Position numbers and translations under genes: made by a program. From positions 45,941-109,940 of the IMG/VR virus record IMGVR_UViG_2926965794_000002: a stretch of 64,000 nt of DNA. One strand, 5' to 3'. Numbering within the stretch: the stretch's first letter is position 1; every line of letters starts with the position of its first letter. The stretch comes from a virus (taxonomy: Duplodnaviria > Caudoviricetes). Below, piece by piece: positions 54,960-64,000 of this stretch. The notes under the pieces were generated by a model. It worked only from the letters and a program-made list of their open reading frames with translations. It made no database searches and was not told the DNA's origin.

Positions 54960-55709
54960 ATGCCCCGTCTCGACGGATCTGACATTGAAACCCACAACCT
55001 CGGCTGCAACTTCTCGTTCACCGGCGCCCGCATCGAAGGCCTCGGCGCCACCGAGTACACCCTCGTCGATATCGAAGTCGACATGAGCGGTTCGGTCTCG
55101 CCGTTCCTCTCGGAACTGATTGCCATGATCAAGGCATCGGTCGAGGCCTGCCGGAAGTCCCCGCGGTCCGAGAACCTGCTGATCCGCGTCGCCGCCTTCA
55201 GCAGTTCCTACCGGGGCGGCCTCAACGAGGTGCACGGCTTCATCCCGTTGGCCAGCATCGACCAGACCGCCTATGACGCGCTCCATGCCGGCGGCGGCAC
55301 GCCCCTGTTTGACGCCTGTTATGTCGGTGTCGGCGCCGCGAATGCCTACGCCAAGATGCTCTTCGACCAGGAGTTCAACGCGAACGGCATCAGCTTCATC
55401 ATCACCGACGGCGAGGACACCGGCGGAGCCGCTTCACCGGCCATGATCAAGGCCGAGATCGAGCGGGCGAGGAAGGAAGAATTCCTCGAGAGCCACGTCA
55501 GCGTCCTAATCGGGATCAATGCCGCCGCCTGCACCACGGCGCTGAACCGCTTCCAGAAGGAGGCCGGCATCACCCAGTACATTGACGCCGGCGACGTCAC
55601 CAAGGGCAAGCTCGCCAAGCTGGCCCAGTTCGTGTCGCAGTCGGTCTCGAGCACGTCGCAGGCGCTCGGCACCGGCGGGCCCAGCCAGGCCATCGCAGCC
55701 ACGATCTGA
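54960..55709 (+). CDS. vWA-domain protein (TerY-like)
   Basis: MIDAS 'DMSGS', 'GGTPLFDA', 'IITDGED'. Confidence 0.85.
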   Translation: MPRLDGSDIETHNLGCNFSFTGARIEGLGATEYTLVDIEVDMSGSVSPFLSELIAMIKASVEACRKSPRSENLLIRVAAFSSSYRGGLNEVHGFIPLASIDQTAYDALHAGGGTPLFDACYVGVGAANAYAKMLFDQEFNANGISFIITDGEDTGGAASPAMIKAEIERARKEEFLESHVSVLIGINAAACTTALNRFQKEAGITQYIDAGDVTKGKLAKLAQFVSQSVSSTSQALGTGGPSQAIAATI

Positions 55710-55733
55710 CACCGACCCGCCGCGGAGAATCCC

Positions 55734-56561
55734 ATGCGTTACACAGCTGATCACGCTTTCCATATTGGATCGCAGCATCTCCGCGGCGGCTTGCCGTGCC
55801 AGGACTATGCGCTATCGAAGTCTGCACCCGATCACGCCATCGGCGTCATATCGGACGGCTGCAGCAGCGGCGGCGAAACCGACGTCGGCGCCCGCGTCAT
55901 CGCGCGGAGCACATTCCAGGCGCTCACCCTCACCGTCCCGCGATACTTCGCGACCTTTACCGTGGATGATCGCTGCGAGATCCTGGACGACTTGGCCCAG
56001 TCCGCTCTCGGACTCGAGCAGTCCGACATGCTGGCGACCTGCGGTTATGTGGCTGCCACCGACCGGAGCCTCGTGGTCAGACTGATCGGAGACGGCGTCA
56101 TCGCTGCCAAATCGGATCGGGAACTCATCATGACCCGGTTCGATTGGGCGAAGAACATGCCCGTGTATCGAGCCTACGCCGACGACAAGTACGCCGGCTT
56201 CATCGCGGCCCACGGCGGCGAGTTCGTCGACGCCATGACGGTCACACGGCATATCCGGCGAGATGGCGTCGTAACCGAAAAGGTGATCCCGCAACCGCTG
56301 TACGATTTCCTGAGAGGGCTGTCCGACTCGATCTCTCCTCGCAATTACGAGTTCGTGGCCGTGTTCTCGGACGGCGTCACCCAAATCGACGGCATGGACT
56401 GGCGCGACGTCGTCGCGCAGCTGATGTCCTTCAAGTCCGCCGAGGGCGCCTTCGTGAAGCGCCGCATGCTGCGGTTCCTCAAGGACTGCCAGGCGCACGG
56501 TAAAGGCCCGATCGACGATATCTCGATGGCCTGCATCCACATCGATCACGAGGCCGAGTAA
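55734..56561 (+). CDS. PP2C-like protein phosphatase (TerY-P type)
   Basis: 'GSQH...PCQD', 'ISDGCSS', 'IGDG', 'FSDGV', 'DDIS'. Confidence 0.88.
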   Translation: MRYTADHAFHIGSQHLRGGLPCQDYALSKSAPDHAIGVISDGCSSGGETDVGARVIARSTFQALTLTVPRYFATFTVDDRCEILDDLAQSALGLEQSDMLATCGYVAATDRSLVVRLIGDGVIAAKSDRELIMTRFDWAKNMPVYRAYADDKYAGFIAAHGGEFVDAMTVTRHIRRDGVVTEKVIPQPLYDFLRGLSDSISPRNYEFVAVFSDGVTQIDGMDWRDVVAQLMSFKSAEGAFVKRRMLRFLKDCQAHGKGPIDDISMACIHIDHEAE

Positions 56562-58303
56562 TGGCGCGCAGGGGCACCATCAGCGTCCACCTCGAGGGCC
56601 GCGGCGCCGTGACGCTGCGCGAGGCCGACTACGTCACCTCCGGCGGCGAAGGCTCGATCTACCGGACCGGCAAGACCATCGTGAAGCTCTATACCGACGC
56701 CGCCAAGATGGCGCGCGACGGCATGCCGGAGAAGGTGAAGGCGCTGGCCGGCCTGAAGCATGCCGGCATCGTGGCGCCGCAGGGTCTCGTGCTGGACGAC
56801 TCTAGGAAGCCGATCGGCTTCTACATGCCGTTCGTCGACGGCGAGCCGATGTCGCGGGTATTCGTGTCGGATTACCGGGTGCGGACCGGTTTCGCGGATG
56901 GCGACGCCGTCGCGTTGACGCAGTCCATGTTCGAGATCGTCGAATATGCCCACAGCCAGAAGGCCGTCCTGGTCGACGCCAACGAGCTCAACTGGCTGGT
57001 CGGCTTCCGGAAGGGTGCCGCGGCGACCGCCTCGGTCATCGACGTCGACTCCTGGGCGATCGGCCGCTGGGGCGCCTCGGTCATCATGCCGTCCATTCGC
57101 GACTGGCACGCCGCCTCGTTCGATGCGCAGACCGATTGGTTTGCCTGGGGCATCGTGGCGTTCCAGGTCTTCACCGGTATCCACCCCTACAAGGGGCGGA
57201 TCGAGGGCTACAAGCCTGCCGATCTCGTCCAGAGGATGAAGGACAACGCCTCGGTCTTCGACAAGCGCGCCAAGATGCCGCTCTCGGTCCGTGACTTCGC
57301 CTGCATCCCCGGCCCGCTGCTGGACTGGTTTCAGACCACATTCCAACTCGGCAAGCGCGGGACACCGCCGGCGCCGACGGCGGCCGGCAAGTCTGCTAGG
57401 GCGGCATTGATCATGCGCGCTGTCACGACCGCGAGCGGCGGCGCGCTGGTGTTCGAGAAGCTGTTCGCGCGTGTCGGCGACCCCGTCACCAGGATCTGGG
57501 CCAACGGCGCCGCTCGGCTGACGTCCGGCGAAGTCGTCGACCTCGCGACCGGTGGGGCGATCGCGCACAACGTGCCGGCGGACGCCGAGGTCATCAAGGT
57601 GCCGGAAGGCTGGCTGATCTCGCTCCCGACCCAGAACGAGATCCTCTTCGCGCACATCTCGTTCGAGATGGTCGGCAGCGCCGGCGGACGCAGGTTTGCC
57701 GAGCAGCCGATGGCCTTCCGCCGTATCTTCCGTGCCGGCGAGACGCTCTTCGGAGTCACCGACCGCGAGTTGATCGAGCTCGAGCTCAACGATGTCGGTC
57801 GGCCGCGCATGATCATGGATCGGCGCTGGAGCATACTGGTCGGCGCCACGACCTGGTTGGATGACGTTGCCGTCACCGATGCCCTCGGCAACGCCTTCGT
57901 GGTGCTGCCGCATGCCGGAGGTATCTCCCAGATCCGGGTGCCGGAGCTCGACGGCGGGACAATCGTCTCGGGTAAGGCTGCCGGCCGCTTCGCCGCCTTC
58001 TCGGTCATCAGCGGCCAGGGCAATTTCAACCGGATCGAGCTGACTTTCGACCGGACCTTCACGACCTATCAGGCATGGACCGGGCCGGCCGACAGCGCCG
58101 AGCTCAACATGGCTATCCTACCCCGCGGAGTCGCCGCGACGATCACCACCGACTTCGAAATCACGATCTTCGTCCCCATCCACGGCATCGTGAACAAGGT
58201 CCGCGACACCGGCGTCAGCACCGCGATGAAACTGGCGGCATGGGGCGAGCGCATCGTCTACCTGATCGACGGCGCCGTTTGGCAAATGAGGATGGCGCCA
58301 TGA
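56561..58303 (+). CDS. Ser/Thr protein kinase (TerY-P/YegI type) with beta-rich C-terminal domain
   Basis: 'SGGEGSIY', 'VKLY', 'DANELN', 'IDVDS', 'TDWFA', 'GIHPYKG'. Confidence 0.85.
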   Translation: MARRGTISVHLEGRGAVTLREADYVTSGGEGSIYRTGKTIVKLYTDAAKMARDGMPEKVKALAGLKHAGIVAPQGLVLDDSRKPIGFYMPFVDGEPMSRVFVSDYRVRTGFADGDAVALTQSMFEIVEYAHSQKAVLVDANELNWLVGFRKGAAATASVIDVDSWAIGRWGASVIMPSIRDWHAASFDAQTDWFAWGIVAFQVFTGIHPYKGRIEGYKPADLVQRMKDNASVFDKRAKMPLSVRDFACIPGPLLDWFQTTFQLGKRGTPPAPTAAGKSARAALIMRAVTTASGGALVFEKLFARVGDPVTRIWANGAARLTSGEVVDLATGGAIAHNVPADAEVIKVPEGWLISLPTQNEILFAHISFEMVGSAGGRRFAEQPMAFRRIFRAGETLFGVTDRELIELELNDVGRPRMIMDRRWSILVGATTWLDDVAVTDALGNAFVVLPHAGGISQIRVPELDGGTIVSGKAAGRFAAFSVISGQGNFNRIELTFDRTFTTYQAWTGPADSAELNMAILPRGVAATITTDFEITIFVPIHGIVNKVRDTGVSTAMKLAAWGERIVYLIDGAVWQMRMAP

Positions 58304-58662
58304 CCGATCGGCAGGACGCTGGTTACGATCGCGATCGCTTTCGGACTGACGCGTCGTATCGCGACGGTGTCGGCGCAGGCGTGGCCTTCATGGCGGCGGC
58401 CGAGGAGCGGGAGAAATCACGGCGGGCGAAGGAGAGCTGGTCTCGCTGGGAAGAATTGCGCCGCACCCGCCTCTTCGGCTGGGAGGGCGAAGCCTGGGTT
58501 TGCTACTTCTGGCGCTCCGGCTGGGACCACCTCTCGTTCGGGCTCCACGTCTGTTTCGGCGGGCCGAACATCGAGATCCATCTTCCGTTCGGCTTTCTCA
58601 GGATCGGCCGTCGGACCGATGTGCGCGAGCGGCGCGCAGTGAAGGAGGCGGCGGATGCATAG
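58300..58662 (+). CDS. Hypothetical protein
   Basis: ATGA coupling. Confidence 0.55.
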   Translation: MTDRQDAGYDRDRFRTDASYRDGVGAGVAFMAAAEEREKSRRAKESWSRWEELRRTRLFGWEGEAWVCYFWRSGWDHLSFGLHVCFGGPNIEIHLPFGFLRIGRRTDVRERRAVKEAADA

Positions 58663-59398
58663 CGCCCCTCTCTTCGCCGGCATCGGCGGTCACCAGACTC
58701 CGCGGCGCGGCCGCACCGACAACTGGCTGACGCCACCCTGGCTGCTGCGCATGCTCGGCGGTTGGGAAGCCTACGACTTGGATCCGAGCGCGATGGTTGA
58801 CCAGCCGAGGCGGACGGCGCGCAGGCACTACACGATCGCCGACAACGGGCTGATCCTGCCTTGGGAAGGCGACGTCTGGCTCAACCCGCCCTACTCGCGC
58901 GGCCTGCTCGGCCGGTTCATGGCGAGGATGGCGGAGCACGGCCGCGGCATCGCGCTGATCTTCGCCCGCACCGAGACGGCAACCTTCTTCCGCCACGTCT
59001 GGGATCGCGCCTCGGCGGTTCTGTTCCCGCGCGGCCGGATCGATTTCTGCATGCCGGGCGGCGGCACTGCCGGCAACTCCGGCGCGCCCTCGGCTCTCTG
59101 CGCCTATAGCGATCGGCACGCCGAGGTGTTGGCTTCGGTCGATCGCGACTTCGGTCAGTTCGTGCCGCTCCGGCTGCCGCGCAGCGTCGTGGTGCTGGCG
59201 CTGGAGACGACCTGGCACGACGTCATCGCCGATTGGATGCGCGCGCAGCGCGGTCCCGTCGCCCTCGCCGATATCTACCGCGCCTTCGCGTCCCACCCGA
59301 AGACCGCGGCCAACCCGAACTACCAGGCCAAAATCCGGCAGGTGCTCCAGCTGGGCGCCGGCGTACGGGTCGGCCGCGGACGATGGAGCGCAGCATGA
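58655..59398 (+). CDS. Phage Dam-like N6-adenine methyltransferase
   Basis: 'WLTPP', 'DLDP', 'VWLNPPY', 'ARTET', 'RGRIDF'. Confidence 0.85.
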   Translation: MHSAPLFAGIGGHQTPRRGRTDNWLTPPWLLRMLGGWEAYDLDPSAMVDQPRRTARRHYTIADNGLILPWEGDVWLNPPYSRGLLGRFMARMAEHGRGIALIFARTETATFFRHVWDRASAVLFPRGRIDFCMPGGGTAGNSGAPSALCAYSDRHAEVLASVDRDFGQFVPLRLPRSVVVLALETTWHDVIADWMRAQRGPVALADIYRAFASHPKTAANPNYQAKIRQVLQLGAGVRVGRGRWSAA

Positions 59399-59844
59399 CC
59401 TCTTACCGCCCATGCCTCGGTTGCTCGGTCAGGACCGGATGCGAGATCAAGACCAGCATCATGAAGGCGCTGAAGGGGCAACCGATATCGTCCGCGCGCA
59501 TCAGGTGCGACCTCCCGTTCACTGAGCACTTTCCTCCAGGATCCCGCGTGCGGGTCGGCGTCTGGGATTGGCGGAACTTTGTCGGTGATGCTGCGTCTCC
59601 GCCTCGAACCGACGTGTCGGCCACCGTCGTCGGCCGGTCGACGAAGAAGCGCGACAAGCTGCTGATGATTCTCGATGCCAAGGTCATGTTCTCCGATGAG
59701 GCCGAGACAGAGTTCGTCACGGCCTACCCCAAAGACCTGGTGAAGTTAGACGAGCCTCGGGCCGAGGTTTGCTGGGACTGCGGCCGAGCCCTCGTCCACG
59801 GCACCTGCGGCTGCCAGGACCGATTTCAACCCGAAGGATACTGA
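59395..59844 (+). CDS. Hypothetical Cys-containing protein
   Basis: Coupled; CxxC motifs at both ends. Confidence 0.55.
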   Translation: MTSYRPCLGCSVRTGCEIKTSIMKALKGQPISSARIRCDLPFTEHFPPGSRVRVGVWDWRNFVGDAASPPRTDVSATVVGRSTKKRDKLLMILDAKVMFSDEAETEFVTAYPKDLVKLDEPRAEVCWDCGRALVHGTCGCQDRFQPEGY

Positions 59845-59846
59845 GG

Positions 59847-60764
59847 ATGATCATCCGCCCGTGCGATCTTGAGACGACTGGACTCGAGCCATCCGACGAA
59901 GTCATCGAGATCGGTTTCACCGATCTCAGGAACGTCAGCGATATCTGGGGCCTGTCGTCGATCAGCAAGCAATCGCTCATCCGGCCGGCGCGACCGATCC
60001 CACCGGAGTCGTCCGGCATCCACCACATCACGGATGCCGACGTTAAGGACGCACCATCGTGGGCAGACGGCTGGCGCATGCTGGTCGAGACGCCGAACGA
60101 TGACGGCAAAATCATCTTCGCCGCGCATGCCGCCCACTACGAGCGGCAGTATCTCGATGCGCTCATCCATGCCGATTGGATCTGCACATGGAAGTGCAGC
60201 CTTCGCCAGTGGCCCGACTTCGCGAGCCACAAGCTGCAGGCGCTTCGCTATTTCTTGAACCTGCCCGCCGACCCCGAGCGGGCGTCGCCACCCCACCGCG
60301 CGGCGCCGGACTCCTACGTCTGCGGCCTGGTGCTGCTCGAATTGCTGGAGCATCAGACCGTCGAGACGCTCGTCCAGTGGAGCGCCGAGCCCGCGGTCTT
60401 CACAAAGTTCGACTTCGGCCAATTCGACGGCAAGGCGCTGTCCGCGGCCGACGACAGCTACATGGACTGGCTCGCCAACAAAGAACACAAGATGGGGGAG
60501 GACTGGCGCTGGAACGCTCGCCGCGAGATCGAGCGGCGCGCCGTCGTGAAGCGGAAGCAAGCGCTCGATCTCTTGCTCCCCGCGATTGCCGGTGCCGCGA
60601 CCGTCGTGGACCTCGAGAACTGGTACCACGGGTCGGGCCCCTACCTCGCCAAGAACAACATCCTGATCGGCTCACCGGAATACGACACGCTGATCCAAGC
60701 CTGCGCGGCCCGGAAGAAGGCGCTGATCGAGGGCGGCCAGCCGCAGTTTGGGGCTGCGTCATGA
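59847..60764 (+). CDS. DEDDh 3'-5' exonuclease (exonuclease X-like)
   Basis: 'DLETTG', 'IHHITD', 'WICT', 'HKLQALRY', 'HRAAPD'. Confidence 0.85.
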   Translation: MIIRPCDLETTGLEPSDEVIEIGFTDLRNVSDIWGLSSISKQSLIRPARPIPPESSGIHHITDADVKDAPSWADGWRMLVETPNDDGKIIFAAHAAHYERQYLDALIHADWICTWKCSLRQWPDFASHKLQALRYFLNLPADPERASPPHRAAPDSYVCGLVLLELLEHQTVETLVQWSAEPAVFTKFDFGQFDGKALSAADDSYMDWLANKEHKMGEDWRWNARREIERRAVVKRKQALDLLLPAIAGAATVVDLENWYHGSGPYLAKNNILIGSPEYDTLIQACAARKKALIEGGQPQFGAAS

Positions 60765-61339
60765 ACGCTGCCATCCACAACCCCGGCGGCAAGGTCCGGC
60801 TCAATCTGGCAGACGGCGTGCACGGCGACGCCATGTTCGCCGGTGAGTTCGATTGCTATCGGCTGATCCTGACCCGGAAGTGGGTGAACCTCTTCACCGC
60901 CGGCACCAGGTTGCCGAACAACTTCGTTCTCTGGATCGGGATGAACCCGTCGGTCGCGGACGCCAAAGTTGACGACCCGACCCTCAGCAAGGTGATCGAC
61001 TTCTCGATGGAATGGGGCTTCGACGGCCTCGCCATGATGAACGTCTGCGACTACCGCGCGACGGCGCCGGCGGCGCTGCTCAAGCCGGGCGTGGTACCAC
61101 GCAGCAAAGGCAACTTGCCGCTCATCCGCGACACAGCGAAGCAAGCCGCCAAGGTCATATGCGCCTGGGGCAACCTTCACCGCGACCTCGTGCATTTCGC
61201 GGTGGATGTCGAAGACGCTTTGCGCCGCGACCGGCACGAATTGTGGTGTCTGGGCCTCAACAAAGGCGGCAGCCCGAAACACCCGCTCTACGTCCGCGGC
61301 GACACGCCCCTCATTCGGTTTAAGGAGGTTCCTCTATGA
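60761..61339 (+). CDS. DUF1643-family protein
   Basis: 'YRLILTRKW', 'IGMNPSVAD...DDPT', 'CAWG', 'PKHPLY'. Confidence 0.8.
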   Translation: MNAAIHNPGGKVRLNLADGVHGDAMFAGEFDCYRLILTRKWVNLFTAGTRLPNNFVLWIGMNPSVADAKVDDPTLSKVIDFSMEWGFDGLAMMNVCDYRATAPAALLKPGVVPRSKGNLPLIRDTAKQAAKVICAWGNLHRDLVHFAVDVEDALRRDRHELWCLGLNKGGSPKHPLYVRGDTPLIRFKEVPL

Positions 61340-63018
61340 CTTTCGTATTCCCGCGCGCCGTTTTGGAGCAGCACACCGCGTTCCTGGGCAAGACGGGCTC
61401 GGGCAAAACATCCACCGCCAAGCTCGCAGTCGAGCAGATCCTCGCCGCCAATCCGGCGGCTCGAGTCTGCGTGCTCGACCCCATCAAGTCGGATTGGTGG
61501 GGCATGACGTCGAGCGCCGACGGCCAGCGCGCCGGCCTGCCGTTCTACATCCTTGGCGGTCCGCGCGGGCACGTCTCGCTGCACGACTCCGCCGGGAAGG
61601 CGATCGGCGAGCTTGTCGCGACCGGCGATCTGCCGCTGTCCATCATCGACATGGCGGACTTCAACGCCGGCGGCCTCCAGAAATTCTTCAACGACTTCGC
61701 CCCTGCCCTGATGAAGCGGATGCGCGGCGTCGTCTATCTCGTGATCGAGGAGGCGCACGAATTCGCTCCGAAGGAGCGTGCCGGCATCGGCGCCGAGAAC
61801 CTCGCTATCCACAACGCCAAGAAGCTGGCCACCGCGGGCCGGTCGAAGGGTATCCGCCTGATGGTGGTGACCCAGCGGACCCAGGCCCTTCACAACGCCG
61901 TGCTCGGCAGCTGCGACACAATGATCGCGCACCGGCTCACGGCGCCGGCCGATCAGGATCCGGTAAAGAAGTGGCTGAAGTCCAACGTCGACAAGGTGAC
62001 CTTCGAGCGGGTTTCATCGTCCCTCGCCTCGTTGAAGACCGGCACCGGCTGGATCTGTTCCGGCGAGGCGCAGGTCGCCGACCTGGCGCATTTTCCGAAG
62101 ATCTCGACTTTCGACAATTCCGCGACACCGACGGACGGCGACGCCGAACTGCAGGTCACAACGGCGCCCGTCGATCGCGACCGCCTGCGCGCAATCATCG
62201 GCGATGCCGTCAAGCAGGCCGAGAACGAGGACCCGGCACAACTCCGCCGAACCATCATGCGGCTCGAGTCCCAACTCGGCGCCGCCGCCGGAGCGGGACC
62301 GCAGGCGATCGCGGCGGCGCGCCAGGAGGGATTTGAGCGCGCGCGGCGTGAAGCCAGCGCAGATCTCGCCGGCCGCATCCAACATCTCGCGATGGAGTTT
62401 CAGGCCGCGCTTCACCAGCTTGAGAGCCGCTTCATCGGTTCCCTCAGTTCCATCCGGATCGAGGTTGTCGACTCCTTCGCGCCGAAGCCGGCCGAAGCGA
62501 CGCCGCCGCGCAGCGCCCCGGAACCGCGACCGATGCGGCAGACGCCGGCGGCGAACGGCAGCAGCGCGCTCAACTCGGCCGGCCAGAAGATGCTGACCGT
62601 GCTCGACACCAATCCGCCAGTCCGCCGGACTTGGAAGCAGGTCGCGACACTCGCCGGCCTGAAGGCGCGCGGCGGCCACTTCAACACCGGCAAGAAATCC
62701 CTGCTCGAGTCCGGGCTGATCGCGGAGGAAGGCGAACACATCTGGATCGCATCGCCGAGCTCCGGTGCGGTGACCGGCAGCATCCCGCCGGCCGAATTGG
62801 TCGAGATGTGGTGCCGCAGCCTGTCGGGCGCCGCACCGAACATCCTCCGGACCATCTACGCGAACGGCGGGACCATGACGCAGGCCGAGGTGGCCGAAGT
62901 GCTGGGCGTGCAGCCGCGCGGCGGGCACTGGAATTCAGGATGGAAGGAACTTCGCGACAACGACGTCCTGACTGTCCGCGGCGGTACCGCCGAACTCACG
63001 GAGCTCTTCCGGCCATGA
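61336..63018 (+). CDS. HerA/DUF87-like ATPase with duplicated C-terminal wHTH-like repeats
   Basis: 'GKTGSGKT', 'VLDP', 'IEEAHEFAP', 'GRSKG', 'TQR'. Confidence 0.85.
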   Translation: MTFVFPRAVLEQHTAFLGKTGSGKTSTAKLAVEQILAANPAARVCVLDPIKSDWWGMTSSADGQRAGLPFYILGGPRGHVSLHDSAGKAIGELVATGDLPLSIIDMADFNAGGLQKFFNDFAPALMKRMRGVVYLVIEEAHEFAPKERAGIGAENLAIHNAKKLATAGRSKGIRLMVVTQRTQALHNAVLGSCDTMIAHRLTAPADQDPVKKWLKSNVDKVTFERVSSSLASLKTGTGWICSGEAQVADLAHFPKISTFDNSATPTDGDAELQVTTAPVDRDRLRAIIGDAVKQAENEDPAQLRRTIMRLESQLGAAAGAGPQAIAAARQEGFERARREASADLAGRIQHLAMEFQAALHQLESRFIGSLSSIRIEVVDSFAPKPAEATPPRSAPEPRPMRQTPAANGSSALNSAGQKMLTVLDTNPPVRRTWKQVATLAGLKARGGHFNTGKKSLLESGLIAEEGEHIWIASPSSGAVTGSIPPAELVEMWCRSLSGAAPNILRTIYANGGTMTQAEVAEVLGVQPRGGHWNSGWKELRDNDVLTVRGGTAELTELFRP

Positions 63019-63191
63019 GCGATCCGAAACTGATCGATATCGCGGCCGAGCTTCGGGCTGAGTCGCCGAAGGCATTTCAGATCTTCGACGGCAAGACCAC
63101 GGAGTGGGTGCCGAAGTCGCAGGTCGAGCACAACGACGACGGGACCTTCACGATGCCAGAATGGCTGGCGAAGGAAAAAGGCTTCATCTGA
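63015..63191 (+). CDS. Small conserved phage protein
   Basis: 'WVPKSQVE...MPEWLAKEKGFI'. Confidence 0.7.
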   Translation: MSDPKLIDIAAELRAESPKAFQIFDGKTTEWVPKSQVEHNDDGTFTMPEWLAKEKGFI

Positions 63192-63691
63192 TGAACGTGC
63201 CATTCACCCAAGAGCAGTTGCTGGCGCGCGCCGAGACCATGGAGCGCCAGGTGGAGCGTTGGAAGGGTAACCCGGGCTATGCCGACACGCTTCGGATGGA
63301 TGCTTGGGCGCTGCGCACCGCCGCGGCGCTGTTCTCGCCGGAGATCCAGGACTGGTTCGAGGGTACCCGCCTCGAGGCCGGCCACCAGGTCATGCGGTTC
63401 GCCGCCGAGCATGACGCCGGCAAGACCGCATTCGATTGGTTCTGGCTGATCGGATATCTGGCGCAGAAGGCTGCCACAGCGGCTGCGGCCGGCGACTTTG
63501 AAAAGGCCAAACATCACACCATCTCGACCGCGGCCGCGCTGCTGAACTGGCATCGGCATCTTGCCGGCGATGGGCATGGCATGCGTCCCGGCATCGACCC
63601 GGTCGAGCGCGGCCTGGCCATCTCGTGTGCGGTGGATGACGCACGAGAAAATGCATCTCCCAACATTGAGCGTGCGAAGAATCTGGCGTGA
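63191..63691 (+). CDS. Hypothetical protein
   Basis: TGATG coupling; 'DWFWLIGYLAQKA...KAKHHTISTAAALLNWH'. Confidence 0.65.
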   Translation: MNVPFTQEQLLARAETMERQVERWKGNPGYADTLRMDAWALRTAAALFSPEIQDWFEGTRLEAGHQVMRFAAEHDAGKTAFDWFWLIGYLAQKAATAAAAGDFEKAKHHTISTAAALLNWHRHLAGDGHGMRPGIDPVERGLAISCAVDDARENASPNIERAKNLA

Positions 63692-63703
63692 GGCAAGGAA
63701 GTC

Positions 63704-64000
63704 GTGATGACGGCGAGCAAGTCGGAAAACCGCCTGAAGGGAGATCGGACCCCGTCTTATGTCGGTCGGGAGACCGGTGCCGCGGAGCTCGATATCTCTC
63801 CCAACACCTGGGACCAGTGGGTCGATGCCGGCCGGTTGCCACCCCCCTGCGATACCTTTCCGACTGGAACACCTCGCTGGCGCTGGGAGGACGTTGACCG
63901 TAAACTTTCCGGCCGGACGCTATCGGATACCTCCGATGCCGCCATGCAGGGAGCGCTGAACTTTGGTAAGAAAAAGGGAAGCCGCCGTGACGCTACCTGA
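63704..64000 (+). CDS. Excisionase/AlpA-like HTH protein (integrase probably follows outside the window)
   Basis: 'AAELDISPNTWDQWVDAGRLPPP...RWRWEDVD'; last gene of the operon in the window. Confidence 0.7.
   Translation: MMTASKSENRLKGDRTPSYVGRETGAAELDISPNTWDQWVDAGRLPPPCDTFPTGTPRWRWEDVDRKLSGRTLSDTSDAAMQGALNFGKKKGSRRDAT

Larger units (their letters stand above)
1..64000. mobile_element. Temperate prophage (HK97-type head, lambda-like cI/cro switch); both ends lie outside the window
   Basis: Continuous terminase/portal/capsid, repressor, replication, recombination and excisionase-like genes; no host housekeeping operon seen. Confidence 0.95.

Noticed and set aside
1-64000. Reverse transcriptase (retron/DGR), tRNA/rRNA, lysis genes, integrase/att sites
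   Set aside because: No supporting motifs recognised; integrase and tail/lysis modules probably lie outside the window

Overview
The window is the central ~64 kb of a GC-rich temperate prophage, most likely of an alphaproteobacterium (Bradyrhizobium/Rhizobiales-like, judged from GcrA, DUF6456 and IS1182 content). It has five parts. (1) 1-11.6 kb, minus strand: HK97-type head module with TerS, TerL, portal, S49 protease, two tandem capsid paralogues and neck genes. (2) 11.7-23.4 kb, plus strand: ~25 mostly tiny ORFs inserted between terS/putative cos and the packaging HNH gene. This block carries an ArdC-like domain, a DUF3560-methyltransferase and an HTH gene at each end. It has ~10 copies of a conserved palindrome fused to the Shine-Dalgarno, a second repeat after stop codons, ~30 copies of GCCGAGGC and, by eye, no CTCGAG/GTCGAC sites. 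(3) 23.4-39.5 kb, mostly minus strand: HNH, DUF6456 regulator, an AT-rich moron with an IS1182 remnant, DnaB, primase, C5 and MT-A70 methyltransferases, DnaN, RuvC-like resolvase and GcrA. (4) 39.2-42.5 kb: cro/cI switch and an O/P-like replication pair sharing a 17-bp operator. (5) 42.5-64 kb, plus strand: early operon with recombination genes, radical SAM, a nicotinamidase-vWA-PP2C-kinase (TerY-P-like) cassette, Dam-like MTase, HerA-like ATPase and an excisionase-like gene. The best candidate for an undescribed system is part 2, which looks like a first-injected, repeat-regulated anti-defence 'leading region'. All family calls come from motif recognition by eye and all counts are manual; no searches were run.
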